Translations under genes and position numbers: made by a program | Shown: positions 63,343-64,000 of the stretch, piece after piece | Layout of the letters: every line of letters begins with the position of its first letter | How positions within the stretch are numbered: position 1 is the stretch's first letter | From: Gekko japonicus | Lineage: Eukaryota | DNA: 64,000 nucleotides | Reading direction: 5' to 3' | Assembly (NCBI RefSeq): GCF_001447785.1 | Contig: NW_015173679.1 | Coordinates: forward strand, 962,205-1,026,204 | Notes under the pieces: generated by a model | Databases searched by the model: none | The model's input: only the letters and a program-made list of their open reading frames with translations | What the model was told of the DNA's origin: nothing

Positions 63343-63619
63343 AGAACAATGCAAACCGACGCACAATTACCTCAGTCTAAGCCACTGTAAACCTTACTAT
63401 GGAATTTGCTTCTCACTACACAAACTCAATACATTTACTCAGAAGTAAGCAGCAAATTAAGCGTTGCTGACTCCCAAGTAGGCATGTAGTGACCCGCAGC
63501 ACTGGGATCCTAATAAACACCCCTAAATACCTCACAGGAACCGTATAGTATAGCCTAGTCCCAAGTAAACAAGGTAAAGCTCGCATTCATCTCACATCTG
63601 ACAGTTAGCTAACTGGGCT

Positions 63620-64000
63620 AAGAAACCAGGAAAACCCCGATGACGACTTAAAAGCCCGACAGTTAATGCACATGCTCAGTTCGCATTACGCCTTTCCGTC
63701 CCACGTTCTCCTGCTTTTCCCAGTAGTCGCCATGCCGGAAGTTGCCTGAAGAGTGGAGTGGCCGCTCTGTAATACCTGGTATCTATGTTCCTGGGCCGCC
63801 AATCGTGTCGCGCTGTACTCCGGAGCTGTTTGGTAACTATAAATCCAGACGCGGAGATGTGTAGTAGGATATTTCAGTTCAAGGCTTCGTTTTCCAGGTA
63901 GGGAGTGTAGGTGTAGAGCGTGACTCCGGAACCTTTAGCTATACGGCACTACAGGTTGCCGCTTTCCTAGCCGCTCGGAGGTTCCTAGTTCTCCGCTTGA
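63620..64000. promoter_or_regulatory. CpG-rich promoter, probably bidirectional RWDD2B (-) / USP16 (+)
   Basis: CpG-rich, with ETS site gccggaagt at ~63735 and a candidate + strand donor ccag|gtaggg at ~63897. The USP16 assignment rests only on known amniote synteny. Confidence 0.55.

Overview
Vertebrate genomic DNA from a squamate reptile, very probably a gecko, judged from Squam3-like and Sauria SINEs and from BovB, CR1, L2 and Penelope fragments. It comes from a gapped assembly. The window holds the conserved N6AMT1-LTN1-RWDD2B-(USP16) block. N6AMT1/HEMK2 (+) has 6 coding exons and a complete 213-aa ORF. LTN1 (-, listerin E3 ligase) has 28 identifiable coding exons. RWDD2B (-) has 4 coding exons and encodes 290 aa. 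A CpG/ETS-rich promoter at the right edge is probably shared by RWDD2B and USP16. The main anomaly is that two internal LTN1 exons (equivalent to human 12 and 16) cannot be found, which leaves splice-phase clashes. Both gaps lie in a 31-38 kb zone dense in local duplications, one of which creates a potential new in-frame 57-nt exon. Other notable items: Penelope-type hammerhead ribozyme motifs (mostly degenerate), a 61-bp fold-back hairpin in an RWDD2B intron, a 154-bp tandem array upstream of N6AMT1, and a repeated module carrying RFX X-boxes in an LTN1 intron. Gene and repeat-family identities rest on recalled family sequences, not database searches.
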